Positions 1-13,141 of a DNA stretch of 64,000 bases are shown one piece after another. The notes under the pieces are model-generated. The model worked only from the letters and a program-made list of their open reading frames with translations, was not told where the DNA came from and ran no database searches. Each line of letters opens with the position of its first letter. Positions within the stretch are counted from its first letter, which is position 1. The position numbers and the translations under genes are program-made. Source of the stretch: Fistulifera solaris (taxonomy: Eukaryota); contig AP026162.1 of assembly GCA_030295235.1 (NCBI GenBank), positions 434,001-498,000 on the forward strand. The letters are read 5' to 3'.

Positions 1-114
1 AATTCATAAGCTTCAAAAGGAAGAAGTGTTCTTGATGCGAAGATCCCGTAGGCTACTCCCCACCAATCAATCACTCCACCATATTTCCAAAACATAATCG
101 ATAGCTTGCGCCAT

Positions 115-1431
115 CTAACCGACGTACAAACTGCGGTCGATGACGGGAGGAATCGGTCGAATCTCTGTTCCAAGTTCTTGTTCGACACGACGCAGATTGG
201 TTCTGTCCTCATTGCTGATCAAATTGACAGCCAATCCCAGGTGGCCGAATCGTCCCGAGCGACCGATGCGGTGCAAGTACGTTTCACTATTCTTCGGGAA
301 GTCGAAGTTGATGACGACGTTCACCGACTGGATGTCAATACCTCTGGTAAAGAGATCCGAAGTGACAAGGTGTCTTGTAGCGCCGTTGCGAAACTCGTGA
401 AACACACGGTTGCGGTTTGCTTGCTGCATCTTGGCGTGAATGTAGTAGCACGAATATCCAAGCTCTGTAATCTTCTTGGCCAAGAGCTCCACTCGGTTCA
501 CTGAGTTGCAAAAGATAATACTCTGGTTAATCTCAAGTTTGGTGAAAAGAGTGTTGAGACAGTGAACCTTTTGACGCTCTTCGACGTAAGCGTAAAACTG
601 AGTGATACCACGGAGGGTCAATTCGTCCATGAGATTGATGCTGTAGGGGTTGGGGACAAATTTTTACAGAAGCCCTTGACAGTGACGGGGAACGTGGCGC
701 TGAAAAGGCAGATTTGATGATCCTCATGACATTGTCCGATGATCTCTTCAAGAACCGGCTGAAACTCCGGAGAGAGAAGCTTATCGGCTTCGTCCATGAT
801 AATAGTTTTGACCTTGCTGAGGTCAGCCACTTTCTTCGAGCCGAGGTCGAGAATACGACCTGGTGTTGCGACGATAATGTGGACCGAATTGTAAAGGCGC
901 ATGATATCGTCTTTCAAGGATGTACCTCCCGTGGTCACCATGCACTGGATCCCCATGTGCTTGCCCATTTCTTTGACAATAGCAGATGTCTGCAGAGCCA
1001 GTTCACGTGTAGGGATCAAGATCAAGACTGCCGAAGGAATCAGAATCTGCTTTAGCGACACAGCTCAAGAAGGCGTGATCGGAAAGAGATTACTTACCCT
1101 GAATAAAGTCCTTCGTGGTGTCGGTCTTCTCTAAGCATGGGATGATGTAAGCAGCTGTCTTTCCCGTCCCGTTTTTCGCGCGGGCTAAAACGTTGCGGTT
1201 CTGTAGAATAACAGGAATTGCTTCTTCTTGAATTGGGCTAGGCTTTTCAAAGCCCTTTTCGAATATACCCATCAGCAGTTCGCGCTTGAGAAAGAAATCT
1301 TCAAACTCTCGTCCTTTCGTATCCGTTACATCTTCTGTTTTGTAGCGGGTGTCTTTTGGTGGTGCGGTGAGACCGTCGCGATACGATCCGTTCCCTCCTC
1401 CGTTGTTCGGAGGGTTTTGAACCGATGCCAT
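115..1431 (-). CDS. DDX6: DEAD-box RNA helicase DDX6/Dhh1 (2 exons; intron ~1028-1097; homopolymer frameshift ~661)
   Basis: Motifs [27 protein letters not shown] and [10 protein letters not shown] are present. GTAAG...CAG intron. One added A in the A-run at ~661 joins ORF 618-1061 to ORF 115-630. Confidence 0.95.
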
Positions 1432-2384
1432 TCTTGATATCTGTTGTGTATTTATGCTGTCAGATGCGATAAAGACGGCCTCCTCTGAAATGTCTTCCGC
1501 CTGCTCGTGAATCTTGTTATCCGTACTAAAACGAAAAGCCTTTGCTTTGAACTTCCCAGTTGTTACCTTGATAAATAAAGTGAACAGCACCGAAAGAAAG
1601 CAAAAGCTCTAGTTAGTAAGGTGGCTTGAAAAGTATGCACTTTAATGGGCACGATGATGCAAGCAGCATGCGCTCCACATGTACGGGCAACGGCTATTTC
1701 TACGGAGCCTTGAGTACTGCGGCTACGTGGGCGGTCAACGGGGCCTCCGCAGCAGCGCCGCTGCAATCTTTTCTTTTTCACGGACGTTGACGTCGTACAG
1801 TAATGGTAAACTACTTTATTTCGTATATTCCAGAATGTGTATAAAATCCGAAGTTTTCCCGTATCCTTCGACACCGACATGAACATCACACGACGATGAT
1901 GGCATTTTTCGCCATTTGAATTCCGCATTCCAACTGCAATGACAGCAATGCTAAATGCTACCGGTATACCTTTACTATAACTTTCCCATTGACTCTGTTG
2001 GTCCGAAACGGAGCGAGAATGGAACGATAGATGAGCCAGGAAAAAGGGAATCTCATCGACAAGGCTTGATTTGGGGGTCATCGGTTTTGTTATTCTTTAG
2101 GATGCTGACAGCATTCAAGCTCGTTTATCAGACCGCTGTGTTCGCATCCTTGATCCTTGGGGATGGGAGGTACCAGGTATCAAGCAAAGTCTCATGTCCT
2201 GTGATTGGGGTTCGCAAGTAGACCTTTTTTTCTGTCATTTTATTGTCGTTGATAATGTATCGCGAATACTCGACGCTTCGCAAATCTTTGACGAGAGTTC
2301 TCGACACTGCAATTCTCGTGCTTTTTTGTTTATCGTGATCACTAAAATCAAGATTTTAGCGGGCAACACCATCAAGAAAAGATC

Positions 2385-3464
2385 ATGGAAACATCATCTC
2401 CGCAACATCTATCCATCCTCGAAAGGATTGGAAAAGCGCTTGGATTAGGCAATATTTATCCTGGAAGTGGTTTGATCTTCATCACAGGAGGGACTGGCGT
2501 GATCGGTCACCGTGTCGCCCAGCGATTGCTGGATGTGGGCTACTCTCACGTACGATTGGGAACTAAACATCCTGAGGGTCTAGGAGATTTGATGAAGCCA
2601 GGAGCCGAGACCGTTGACTTTGCTTGGGGCCACGAAGAGTCCTACGAGAAAGCTCTCAAAGGCGTCAAGTCAGTTCTTTGCACAGTTCCATATATCGACG
2701 GCTGGAAAGATCATTTCCCTGCCTTTTTCAATGCCTGCAAGAACGCTGGAGTCAAACACTTTGTGAAGCTCTCCTTCTACCACGCTCGAGATATGGCAGG
2801 GCCTATGCAAGAGATCCCTTTGGCAAGAGATCATGGCATTTGTGACAACTATGTTGTCGAAGAGTTGACTCCGCGCTACGCAACGAGCGTCATGACGGGT
2901 GACATGGATGTCGGCAACGACTTCATTCATCCAGAAATGGCGTTTACCATCCTCTACGCGAGTCATTACATGTCAAATCCTTTCATCTTTCAGAGGAAGC
3001 ATCTTGAAAGTGCACATCCTGGATTTTTGTACGGAGCGTCGGAGAACCATGGAGTGAACTATGTGTCTCCGAACGATGTGGCAGAGGTGGCAGTCCGCGT
3101 GCTTCTCGAACGAAAGAGCCATAGCAACAAAGAGTATCTGTTGACCGGCCCGGAGTCGATAATTGGCCAGCAAGTCGCCTATCTGCTCTCGGAGCATTTG
3201 CAAAAACCAATTGCTTATATCGACCAACCTTTGGAAAAATATGCTCAAGAAATGGAACATATTGGGGAGGCTTCGTGGGTTGTGCGTGATTTAGCGGCTA
3301 TGGAAAAGATTAAGGCTTCGGGAATCGAGGAAGCCAAAGACTTCTTGTCGGGTGATATTGAGATCATATTGGGTCGCAAACCGGAGAGTTTCAAAGAGTA
3401 TTTGGAACGAACCGACACTATGACCCCCGTCGAAGCAGGGGCCCCGCTGGGTATTGCTGAATAG
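2385..3464 (+). CDS. NmrA-like / atypical SDR NAD(P)-binding protein
   Basis: IFITGGTGVIG Rossmann motif, plus AGVKHFVKLS, YVSPNDVAEVA and YLLTGPE segments typical of NmrA-family proteins. Confidence 0.8.
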   Translation: METSSPQHLSILERIGKALGLGNIYPGSGLIFITGGTGVIGHRVAQRLLDVGYSHVRLGTKHPEGLGDLMKPGAETVDFAWGHEESYEKALKGVKSVLCTVPYIDGWKDHFPAFFNACKNAGVKHFVKLSFYHARDMAGPMQEIPLARDHGICDNYVVEELTPRYATSVMTGDMDVGNDFIHPEMAFTILYASHYMSNPFIFQRKHLESAHPGFLYGASENHGVNYVSPNDVAEVAVRVLLERKSHSNKEYLLTGPESIIGQQVAYLLSEHLQKPIAYIDQPLEKYAQEMEHIGEASWVVRDLAAMEKIKASGIEEAKDFLSGDIEIILGRKPESFKEYLERTDTMTPVEAGAPLGIAE

Positions 3465-3607
3465 TTTGACCCAATGCCTTCAAGTACTTTCATTCATATC
3501 ATCTACTTATTTTTTAATATTCCGTTGTCAAATTGTCACGTCATTCTAACATCTAACTGTTATACCTGCTACCTGCTACGGGTTCATGTGTCATGTAACA
3601 CAGAGCC

Positions 3608-4363
3608 TTACTCTCCTTCTACCTCTATTTCAATTTTTGCCGAAAGATCCTGCGTAAGCGATATCGTCGCTCCAAACTTTCCAGTATGTTTAATGTCACC
3701 AGCGATCTTCTCTCCGTCGGCATCCAACAGTGACGTGACTTTGACAGACTTGCGACTCAGAAACTCCTCCTCTCCAAAGGTACTTTGCAATTCCTCCATG
3801 ATCGCCTTTGCTCCAATTCCTCCGAAAAGCTGGCCATCGGGCCCTGCTTTACGTTTGAAAACAATCGATTTGCTGAGAAATAGCTCCTTCAATCTCTCCG
3901 CTGTCTCACGCGTTTGTTTGTCTGCCTCGGCGGCTTTGACTTGCTCTTTTGAACTTCTTCGTCCGAAATGAGCACAGCGGATTGCGTGGGTCGTAGTTTG
4001 TTGTTGTAAAATGCTGGGTTACCATGATAACTAAGAATGTGATTCCAAAGTAAGGCTGACACGAGATAGCGAAAATTCGAAGCGAGACGCAGTTCACGCA
4101 CCTTGACCCGCCTGGCCCGTCCCTGCGATGTGTTTCAATAACTTGACCTGAACTTTCTTGGTAGCCGTATTCACTGGGGCCTTCTTCTTAGCATTAAGTA
4201 GGGTTGTAGTGGAAGACACAAAATTCACAGGACCAGCCCTCTTTGGGGAAGCTGGTGTCACAAAACTAGCTGTCATGAAGTGAGCCGAGCGATTGGCTTG
4301 CACCATCGAGATGAACCATCCTAAGCACAAAATCAACGATAATTTTGCATTCGATAGGGGCAT
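3608..4363 (-). CDS. rpl9: Plastid-targeted ribosomal protein bL9 (one intron ~4029-4099; two homopolymer frameshifts ~4017, ~3948)
   Basis: Signal-peptide-like N-terminus, VQVKLLKHIAGTGQAG, reconstructed VTPAFYNNKLRP, C-terminal GQLFGGIG and IKHTGKF, all matching the L9 pattern. Confidence 0.8.
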
Positions 4364-4739
4364 CCTCGCAGAATTTGTTAAATAGCTTAAAAGCCAAGAG
4401 GGGCCTGTTCTCAGTCTATGATAATATATCTTGGCCTGATTTGATTGCAATTACAAGTACCAGGTATTGTGTTCGCTATCATCATCATCGCATCGTCGCA
4501 ATTCTATTGACTGACGTGACTCAACCTGATGCAGTCCCGGAACAGGCTCCCTCACAATTACATCCGAGACCGCGGCCGACCATTGCCTTTCAGTCTCTAA
4601 GACCTGATCTACCCAACAAAGTTGCAAACACAAAAACAGTCCTTGCGCTTGACAACTAGTTTGACACATATTGTGAAATGCATAACGTACTCAAAGTTTG
4701 CCAGATTTTAGAAGGCTTTTACTAAAGACTTTGACCAGT

Positions 4740-6164
4740 CTAAAATTCACTATCGTTATCCTCCATAACTGGTACCGATTGTGAAGCACCCAAGTCTTTC
4801 GCCGGTTCACGGCTGCCTCGCGTGGCGATGAAAAGCACCAGATATGTAATTGAAAAGAGGGTGAACACAATAATGAGTTTGACCAAATGCCCCCCACAAA
4901 CGGCATTCGCAGAGTTGTAAGCATTCCGGATAGGAGCAATCGCTTTCTGAAATTTCTTCATGGACTCCAGTGTCGCATCCAACTGCTCATCACTCATTCC
5001 TTCAAACATGCTGAGACTTGACCGCATGGCCTCGACGGAAGTACCCGGCGGCAACATGGATTGGACCATTTCTGGGTTCTCTTTCATCATTTTCATCAGA
5101 TCCCTCATCTGCTTTCCGGTCATATTCTCCAACATATTAGCAGTATCAACCGGAGGCTGCGTTCCAGCAGTGACTGGCCCTGAAGGCTGTACTCCGGAAC
5201 CGTTTTGCCGCATGCCCTTCTGCATCTTTTCCATTTCTTCGGGAGTCATGTCTTTCAACTGATTTTTCATCATTTCTAGCATGGAAGGATTCATAGCCAT
5301 TTGTTCTATTTGCACAATCGATTGCTCTATTTGCCCATCTGTCAAATGGGCGAACTGCGGATTAAGCTTGCGTAGCTCATCTTTGCTAATACTTCGCATC
5401 ATTTGAGCCTGATGCAGCAACTGCTCGGGTGTCATCTCCGCAATCGATTTTGGCTGTTGTTGCTGCGTTGTAGCGCGGTGTAACTCTTCCGGTGACATGT
5501 TCTGCGTTTGATTCACCATTTGTTGAAGCATCTGTGGATTGTCGGCCATCATTTCCATTTGCTCGGCCGCTTGACGGATTTGTTCATCCGTCATATTACG
5601 TAGCTGAGGATTCATTCGACGCAGTTGAGCGGGAGGCATTGATTTCATCATTCGAGCCTGCTGGCGGATTTGATCGGGTGACATATCCGCCATTTGGTTC
5701 GCACGTGTTTTCATTTTGCTAGCTTTCGCGGCAAGTTCCGCTTCTTTTGCCTTTTCTAGAGCCGCCTTGGCATTTGCGTGGGCTAGGTACTCAAATGCAT
5801 GCTCTGTTTCGATGTTCTTTACGAGGGTGCGCATATCGGCAAGGTCCATGCCAGCGAAATTAGTATTTTCGTCCTGTTCCTTCAAAATCGCTTTTAAATC
5901 TTGAATCGAAAGATCTTCGACGGGTCGGACTTCATATTTCATATTTGCCGGCTTAATACCGAGTATCTTCTTCCCAATGAGTACTTCCTGACGACCGTCT
6001 TCTTTGATGTCAGACTTCACGATGCCCGCTTTGTCATTGAATTCCTTCGCATTGAGACCGTGCAGAACGACTTTGGCGTTCATCGGAAACGCTTTTGTTT
6101 CGCGTTTGGTCTCCGGCTGAACTTCCGGCGCCGATTCCTGTGCTAATTCCGTTATTTCTGTCAT
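4740..6164 (-). CDS. Tail-anchored protein with STI1/DP-like Met/Gln helical repeats (OEP61-like) and an N-terminal SH3-like beta module
   Basis: Repeated MSPDQIRQQA / MTDEQIRQAAEQMEMMADNPQML / MTPEQL motifs, and a single hydrophobic segment near the C-terminus (LVKLIIVFTLFSITYLVLFIA). Confidence 0.55.
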   Translation of the reverse strand: MTEITELAQESAPEVQPETKRETKAFPMNAKVVLHGLNAKEFNDKAGIVKSDIKEDGRQEVLIGKKILGIKPANMKYEVRPVEDLSIQDLKAILKEQDENTNFAGMDLADMRTLVKNIETEHAFEYLAHANAKAALEKAKEAELAAKASKMKTRANQMADMSPDQIRQQARMMKSMPPAQLRRMNPQLRNMTDEQIRQAAEQMEMMADNPQMLQQMVNQTQNMSPEELHRATTQQQQPKSIAEMTPEQLLHQAQMMRSISKDELRKLNPQFAHLTDGQIEQSIVQIEQMAMNPSMLEMMKNQLKDMTPEEMEKMQKGMRQNGSGVQPSGPVTAGTQPPVDTANMLENMTGKQMRDLMKMMKENPEMVQSMLPPGTSVEAMRSSLSMFEGMSDEQLDATLESMKKFQKAIAPIRNAYNSANAVCGGHLVKLIIVFTLFSITYLVLFIATRGSREPAKDLGASQSVPVMEDNDSEF

Positions 6165-6636
6165 GACAACAAGGGATGTCTAAAAGGTTTCACTTGTTTG
6201 GTTTTTATTGGGCTCTAGTATCGATGGTTGATGGCAACCGATCGATGGAGAGATGGCGATCGCAACAAAAGCGAAGAGCGAAGCAAGAGGTACTACTGTA
6301 TGAGCGAAGAGAGACGGCGAGGGTGGACGATGCCTACTACATAGCTTACAGTAAGGTTTACCAGTACGACGCCAATTGGAAGTCTGCAAGTGCGTTAAAC
6401 TGTCACACCGGTGCAATGATGACGTGACCGGATCATAATTACACGTGGAGAGTTACAGTCGCCGAAAAACATGACTGACAATGGACAGAACGCACGGGAC
6501 GCAACACGCGTGCACGATACGACGCAACACGCGCAACATGCAAACAATAAACAAGAAAGCAACACCCGAAACCCGAAACAGGGAACGACCGAGAAATAAA
6601 CAACAAAAGCAACCTAAGATCAAAGCTAAAGTAATC

Positions 6637-7991
6637 ATGTCGCGCTCTGCTTTGTGGAGACAGGAAGGGAATTTTAAGGAGCGCGAGAAAAGAGCCGATG
6701 AAATTTTCCAGCTAGCTTGCGAGGAAGGGCGGCGTCGGAACAATGCTTTGCCGCTTTGGGGACCGGATGATTCATTTCATTTTAATCCTTTGTTGCTTCG
6801 AAACACCATTCAGTCTTCTTACTTTCAGACTTGCTGTGAGTCCTTGTCGAACTGGAATGCTGTAATTGATGAAATTTATTACAAGGTCACACACTTGCAG
6901 CCTTTTCAGGCAGAAAAATCTCCAAGGTAAGTTCCATTGAGACAGAAAAGAATAATAAACACTCAGCAGTAAGTTCAGGAGAACAAAAAAATCGTTTCAG
7001 CTGTTTGTTTCCCTAATATTTCCTTTTTTTGTTTGATTGACGAAACAGCACGGCATTCTGTTTACTTCTGCGTTTGCTCACGTTGCGAATGACGGCACAT
7101 CAGATGGACTTGACTTTGAAACATGTCGATTCTCCGTACATTCGCGGGATAGGGTTTCTTTATCTCAGATACACTGGGCCTCCGGAAGAGATATGGAAAT
7201 GGATCCAACCTTATCTGTTCGATGAAGAAGAGATCAAAGTAGAGATGTCGGCTCGACCCACGACTGTCGGAGAATTTGTTCGGCGATTGTTTTCGGGACG
7301 TGACTTTTGCAGAACAACATTGCCTCGACTTCCTATTCTAGTTGAACGCGATTTACAGGTCAAGATACTTCAAGCTGATAAGGCTGCAGAGAGGGCGGCG
7401 TTTCATTTCAAAAACTCGGCGAGGATGGCGTATTTTCAGACGTTGGGCAGTAAAGTTATGGCTCTTTACGGAGATGACGACAACCCGGTTCAATGGTACA
7501 AAGCAGAAATCGATAGAATTATCACGCGTGATGAGCAAACGGGTGCGCATCTGAAATATCCGCGTTTTGTCGTGTCGTTTCCGGAATACGGGAATGTTGA
7601 AACGGTGACGTTGGGTGAACTGGATGTGCTTGATGGCGAATGGAAACATGACCGCAGTGTCCAAGCATCAGGAAGGGAAAGGCAACCATCAAGCGAGAGA
7701 GCTTTATACGACGAAGTCAGGCGACGTGAGAGAGATAGTGTGACTGCAAATAGAAACTGGGCGAGAAGACCGCCATCGACAAAGGATAACGTTGCTTCTG
7801 CAGGATATCGACGACCGGAACCGGAATATAATAGCTATCGACAACCTAGTCAAAGACCCAACGAGCCCCGCGTTGATAAAACAACAAGTCGCGGAGAAAG
7901 CGTTAACACGGTAGCCCCCAAAAAGAGAAGTCAAGAAGAAGAAGCAGCAATTGCGGAAAAGAAACGGAGGTTGGCAGCGCGATACGGGTGA
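6637..7991 (+). CDS. PRPF38B: Pre-mRNA splicing factor PRP38 (PRP38B-like) with C-terminal Tudor-like domain (intron 6927-7048)
   Basis: LPLWG, IDEIYYKVTHL, spliced PSTAFCLLLRLLTL and HVDSPYIRGIGFLYLRY. The GTAAG...CAG intron restores the frame. Confidence 0.85.
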
Positions 7992-8095
7992 TGCGTTACG
8001 TAATCAAGCAATCAAGTAAGAGAAAACAGCATGGTTGTTATTTAGTTAAATCGTTACAATTACAGAGGGTCTATAGCGAATATACATGTGTGAGC

Positions 8096-10490
8096 CTAAG
8101 ATACTTGTACACCTGACTCACTCTTCTCAGGTGTTGGTTTGACAAAGTCGACAATTGCGACAGTATTTGAAGAGAAACATCCAGCGACTCGAGTTTCTTC
8201 TTTGTTCCACGCAACCTCAAATATATCGCCAGTTCCCTGGTAGCTCTTGACATGACAGTTTTCCTTGATGTCCCAGATATACATTTGCCCCGCAAGTGCC
8301 CCACTTGCTAAGTAGTCGCCAGAAGGAGAAAAACTTACGGAGTAGACCGAGTCGCGATGACGATCGAAGACGCGATACCGTGAGCCATCGTCGATATTCC
8401 ATAAAATTACTTTTCCATCAAATGAAGCAGTGGCCAAGAGCGGTGGTCGTCCAGTCGTCACAGGACTCCATTTGAGAGTATATATCTCCTCGGAGTGATC
8501 TTTCAAGTCAAAGAGCGGATCACTGCGATCGGAGTCAACGTCCCAGATCTTCGCTGTGCAATCGTCAGAGCAGCTTGCTAGATATCGCCCTGTTGGATCC
8601 CATTTCACGCCATTGACTTCATCCGTATGCCCTAGATAAACCTTTAAGGGCTTCGAAGACCCAACTTTACACACTTGCACGGTTTTATCCGAAGAACAAG
8701 ATGCAAAAGTTTCGTCATCTTTCCAGTCTACATCTAACGCAGGTGCATTGTGCTCGGTGAACTGCTGGACGATGAAACCAGTTGATTCCGATACGTCCCA
8801 AACGATCGTTGTTCTGTCATAACTGCCTGAAAGTAGATAGTTCCCTCGTTTGTTCCATTTCAGCGAAAAAACCGGACCATTATGACCACGGAGAGTATGT
8901 AAAGAGCACCACTGAGCGACCAAATTCGCGCAACCCCATCGTAGCTACCCGTCGCAAGATATTCCCCATTTGAGGCCCATTCCAAAGTAGTAACATCTTT
9001 ATTTTTTGAATCCCATCTATCGGTGCCATGAGGCAGCAGTTTTACAGAGTGATAGCCGTCACGTGCGTATTTGCCACCCATTTCCCATATTCTTGCAGAT
9101 GCGTCCCCGCTACCTGTTGCAATGTAATTAGTGTGAACAGGATTCCACGCGCACATGAATACTTCCGATACGTGCATCTCTAAAATCAAAACTTCTTCCT
9201 GTTTGGCTGCCGTAGCGCTGTCGTCTACTGCCGGAAGGCTCTTCGTATTAGTAAGAGCCGATGATTTGATAGGGACCGAATCTGATTCGCCGTTCTCGCT
9301 ATCATCCTTCTTTTTCTCTCCGTTTATCTTGATTTCGCCATTTTCATGCGCATGCGATACTGTTAATAAAGACTCGACCTTTTGATCTTGAGCAACCATA
9401 GCAGCTGATTCTGTTTCATCGTTTGTGGGCTCGTCCATTGGAGGATCCATCGGTTGCGGCTCTGTTATGTTCTTGTCTGACTCACTTTCGGATGCAGGCT
9501 TCGGCTCTTCCATTTTCAGCGTTTCGTCTTCCTCAATAGGCTCTCTTACAGAAGAATTTCCTCGTGAAACATCATCGGCTTTCGCTGTCTTTAACTTCTT
9601 TCCACTTCGCTTTAATCCAGCCACTGCCCCACGCTTCCCCAAAGATTGCGTGGCCACGGCGAAATCATTTCCTTCTCTTTCACCGCTGGATTGTAACAAA
9701 GCAATATTGACCAAACTTGCAGGTTTACCATTGATCTGTCCGTCCCCGGCAACAAACGAATTTCCCATTTGTTGCTGTAACTGACTCATCGCTACCGCTG
9801 CTTGAGCTGCAGCCGCTTGCGCTACTAACGCCTGTCTCGCTAAAGTGCTCTGGTCTGCAGCTAATACTGGATCAAGACTTCCTCCAAAAGACATGACCTG
9901 TCGATTCCTTAAATCCTCCTCTATTTTGGCTTGTGCCTCGAGTCTCGCTTTCACCGCCGCCGCTGCCGCTGCTGGAGGTACATTGAGTTGTATCGGTGGG
10001 TTCTCCCTCGTTATTGACGCAATTGTCGCCGGCGAAAGCAGCGAAAAATCATTCTCATTCTCTACTTTCTTCCCGTCTGCTGAGTTCTCACGGTGCAAGC
10101 CTTCCTCTATTCCGACGTATTGTAGGCCTTTTTGCAAGAATGTAATGAGAGTTCCAGGTGGAACGATTTTGTCGATAGAGCGCAATCCTGTCCTACCCAG
10201 CATACTTTCATGTACAAAGGAAAAAGCAGAATGAACAAAACCACACTCCTGTAGATATCTACATTTATCAAAATGCAATTCAGAAACGGTGAGCGCAAAG
10301 AAATGAATTTATTAGCAATAAAAAGGTGTCGAAGGACGTACCGGAAGACGAGATAATTAACTTCGTCGCTCGAAACTGTCATCTGCGGTCTGCTTGTTGC
10401 AGCGAGAACATTTTCGTTCAACTCTACCGAACCTTCGTCCATTTGATCTCCATCGGAGGTGTCCATCGATTGCGAAACCGAACCTGCCAT
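8096..10490 (-). CDS. TBL1: TBL1/TBL1XR1 (Ebi/HOS15)-like LisH + WD40 corepressor subunit (one intron ~10260-10340; frameshift ~8902)
   Basis: LisH [25 protein letters not shown], then LITFLQKGLQY, NKDVTTLEW and multiple WD40 repeats. Confidence 0.9.
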
Positions 10491-10959
10491 GGTCCATTGA
10501 GGTGCATGAATAAAATTTTTGTTAACGAGTTGCTGTCGCTTCGTTCCTGCCGCCTGTTGCCTCCACCATTCAAATCCTCCAGTCAGCCGCCTACCGCAAT
10601 CTGCAACAAAAAGTACAGTTGCGTTAAATTACTGTAGCACAGAAAGTAATGTGGCGTGATGCGGCCATGGCAGTCTCCGTTGGGGGCAGTTTCGGATTTC
10701 CACCTCGCAGGTCAACTGACATCAACGGACAAAAGAAAATCTGGTACATAGGAGAAATAAATCTATTTATAAAAATAATTAGAGAACCAATGACCTTGAC
10801 TTCATACAAGTTTGTATTAAACACGAAAGATAGGTGCCGGATGTGTTCTGCTGTAGGACAAGCAGTACGACGCAAGTCCTTGAAATTTGGAAAACAATGT
10901 TCGACCCACTTTATTCGAGAAGAACGTGCCGAAACTTGCTATCCTTTACTTCAATCAAA

Positions 10960-11689
10960 CTATTCTAGAGACTCAAATTGCCCTTTGGACCAGTGGCAAA
11001 CCAACTTCACTCGAAACTCTGCCAACTGGATACCGAACTGCGTAAGGAGTTTGCATTGCTCAACGGTGAGCTCGTCTCCTTCCTTGCAAATACTATACTC
11101 CTTCGGAACCAAAACAATTTTCCCATTCTTAATTTCCACAGGCATTCCAAGCTTTCTCAGTCCTTCCATCACACTCACTGGCTTATCATTCAGGTCCTCG
11201 TCCGTAATCGAGATAGTTCTGTGCGCGACGGCTCCAGCACGTGCAAAGTCGGGCTCCACCAACTTCTCAAAGTATTCTTCGACCTCTTTTCTAGACTTGG
11301 AAGTCAAAAGCAACCCCACGTTGGCGCCATTGATAAAGTTGGAGACGTGTTGCAAGTCCGTTTCATACTCGTCCGCATCGGATCGACCAAGGGCAATCTG
11401 CATCAATTTGTTCTTTCCCATGACAATTCGACTGTCAGCGAATTTCCAGCGGACATCCTTAAACTTTGTACTGCGCATATTTTCGTACTGGAAAACATAT
11501 AATCGATCGTATTGATCAATGTTGTCTCGTAGTGTCTGAATGAATGCAGATTTGTGATCACGAGTCGACCGTTTATCGGTTTGCGTCAAAGCGACTGTTA
11601 AAGAAACGACTTGAGCTCGGCGCTTTACTTCAACAACATTGAATCGCAATTGCGAACGTACCTGCCCTGTGTCTCTTAGATTTCGGCAT
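10960..11689 (-). CDS. MRT4: Ribosome assembly factor Mrt4 (intron ~11596-11661)
   Basis: Spliced N-terminus MPKSKRHRAVALTQTDKR, plus MGKNKLMQIALG, DFARAG, LRKLGMP and ICKEGDELTVEQCKLL. Confidence 0.92.
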
Positions 11690-12166
11690 GGTTTACGAAG
11701 AAGCTATTGTCTTGGAAACAAATTGGCCAACAAAGAACTCGGTTGTTTTTGTTATTGTTTTCATGTCTCTTTGTCGAACCGCTTGACAACGAAAAACGAC
11801 GAAGCTTTGGTTGGTGCGGGGCGCGATGATCGCGCGTCATCGCGCGCAAATGTCGCTCTGTTCCTCCCATGCATCGCACAGGCACCCAAAAGCTTCTATT
11901 ATCACGTTCTAATTTATGGTCAAATTTCGCTACTGTCAGTTAGAATGAAGAGCTGAACAGAGTTCAAAGACAGGCAGACGAGAAACTCCGAATTGGTATT
12001 CACTCTAGCTTATGAAGTAGCGACTTATCGAAAACGGCACTAAATTCGGAGCGAGGAATGAATAGAGCGCCGCGGTCTTTTTCTTTTGGGCAACTGCCAT
12101 TTATGCTATTCAATACTTTTTAAAAATTAATATCATAAAATTGCCTTTGACTTTTGACAATCAAAG

Positions 12167-13141
12167 ATGCCAAAAGAGGACTTCCAAGACAAATGCGTTT
12201 CTCAAGCTGTGCTAGACCTTCGGAAGAGGTTAAGTTGTTTTGAAACGGAGGAAGGTAGATTGAAAGGGATCAACTATCAACCTCGACCCGATGATGTTGC
12301 CATATCCACAACTCCGAAAGCGGGAACGACTTGGATGCAGCAAATTTGTCATCAGATTCGATCTGCGGATATAGGGGGTGATATGTCGTTCGATGAAATA
12401 AGTAGAGTTGTCCCCTGGATTGAGCTTGCATTTGATCAGCAGCAAGATCTCGAGGCGCCTCAGTTTGGACACGACGAAGGAAAGCCAAGGATATTTAAAA
12501 CGCACTTATGGGCGGATCACTGTCCTCCTTTTCCGAAAATCATCAATGTCGTTCGTGATCCCTTCGATGTTGTTGTCAGTTTTTACCGCTTCTTTGAGGG
12601 GTGGTTTTTTGAGCCGGGCACGATTTCCTTGGACACTTTTGCTGCAGAATTTTGGCTCGGACGTGGTGCTCCTGAGAGCAACATGAAAGCAGCATCTTAT
12701 TTTCACCATCTTATCTCGTGGTACACCCGAAAGGATGATCCAAAGGTTTTGATTATTTTCTTCGAGGATCTCAAAGAAGACCTGGAGAACCAAGTGCATC
12801 GAATATGCAAATTTCTTTCCAACGAACAACATGATTTTGCAAAATCAGAAGTAGTCAAACTAGCTACTGAGCGATCTACTTTTGAGTTCATGAAGAGGCA
12901 CGAATCTCACTTTGACGAGAAATTATCTAAAATTTACCGGAACGAAGCTTGTTTTCTCCCGAAAGACGCTGGCATGCAGTCGAGCAAGTTAGTCAACGGT
13001 AAGATTGGAGATGGAAAGTATCAACTAGGTGAATCGGTACGCCAGCGAATCCATGATAAATGGAAGGAGATTGTAGAACCTGTCACTGGATGTACGACCT
13101 ACGAAGAACTGAGAGAACAATTTAGAAATTCAGCATTTTAA
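12167..13141 (+). CDS. Cytosolic-type sulfotransferase (Sulfotransfer_1)
   Basis: 5'-PSB TTPKAGTTW, then FKTHL, 3'-PB VRDPFDVVVSFY and FFEDLKEDL. Confidence 0.9.
   Translation: MPKEDFQDKCVSQAVLDLRKRLSCFETEEGRLKGINYQPRPDDVAISTTPKAGTTWMQQICHQIRSADIGGDMSFDEISRVVPWIELAFDQQQDLEAPQFGHDEGKPRIFKTHLWADHCPPFPKIINVVRDPFDVVVSFYRFFEGWFFEPGTISLDTFAAEFWLGRGAPESNMKAASYFHHLISWYTRKDDPKVLIIFFEDLKEDLENQVHRICKFLSNEQHDFAKSEVVKLATERSTFEFMKRHESHFDEKLSKIYRNEACFLPKDAGMQSSKLVNGKIGDGKYQLGESVRQRIHDKWKEIVEPVTGCTTYEELREQFRNSAF

Noticed and set aside
106..504. Long antisense ORFs opposite DDX6, MRT4 (10649-11515), Ub-eS31 (18992-19396) and Lhcf (22061-22717)
   Set aside because: These are shadow ORFs from codon bias of conserved sense genes, with no independent motifs.
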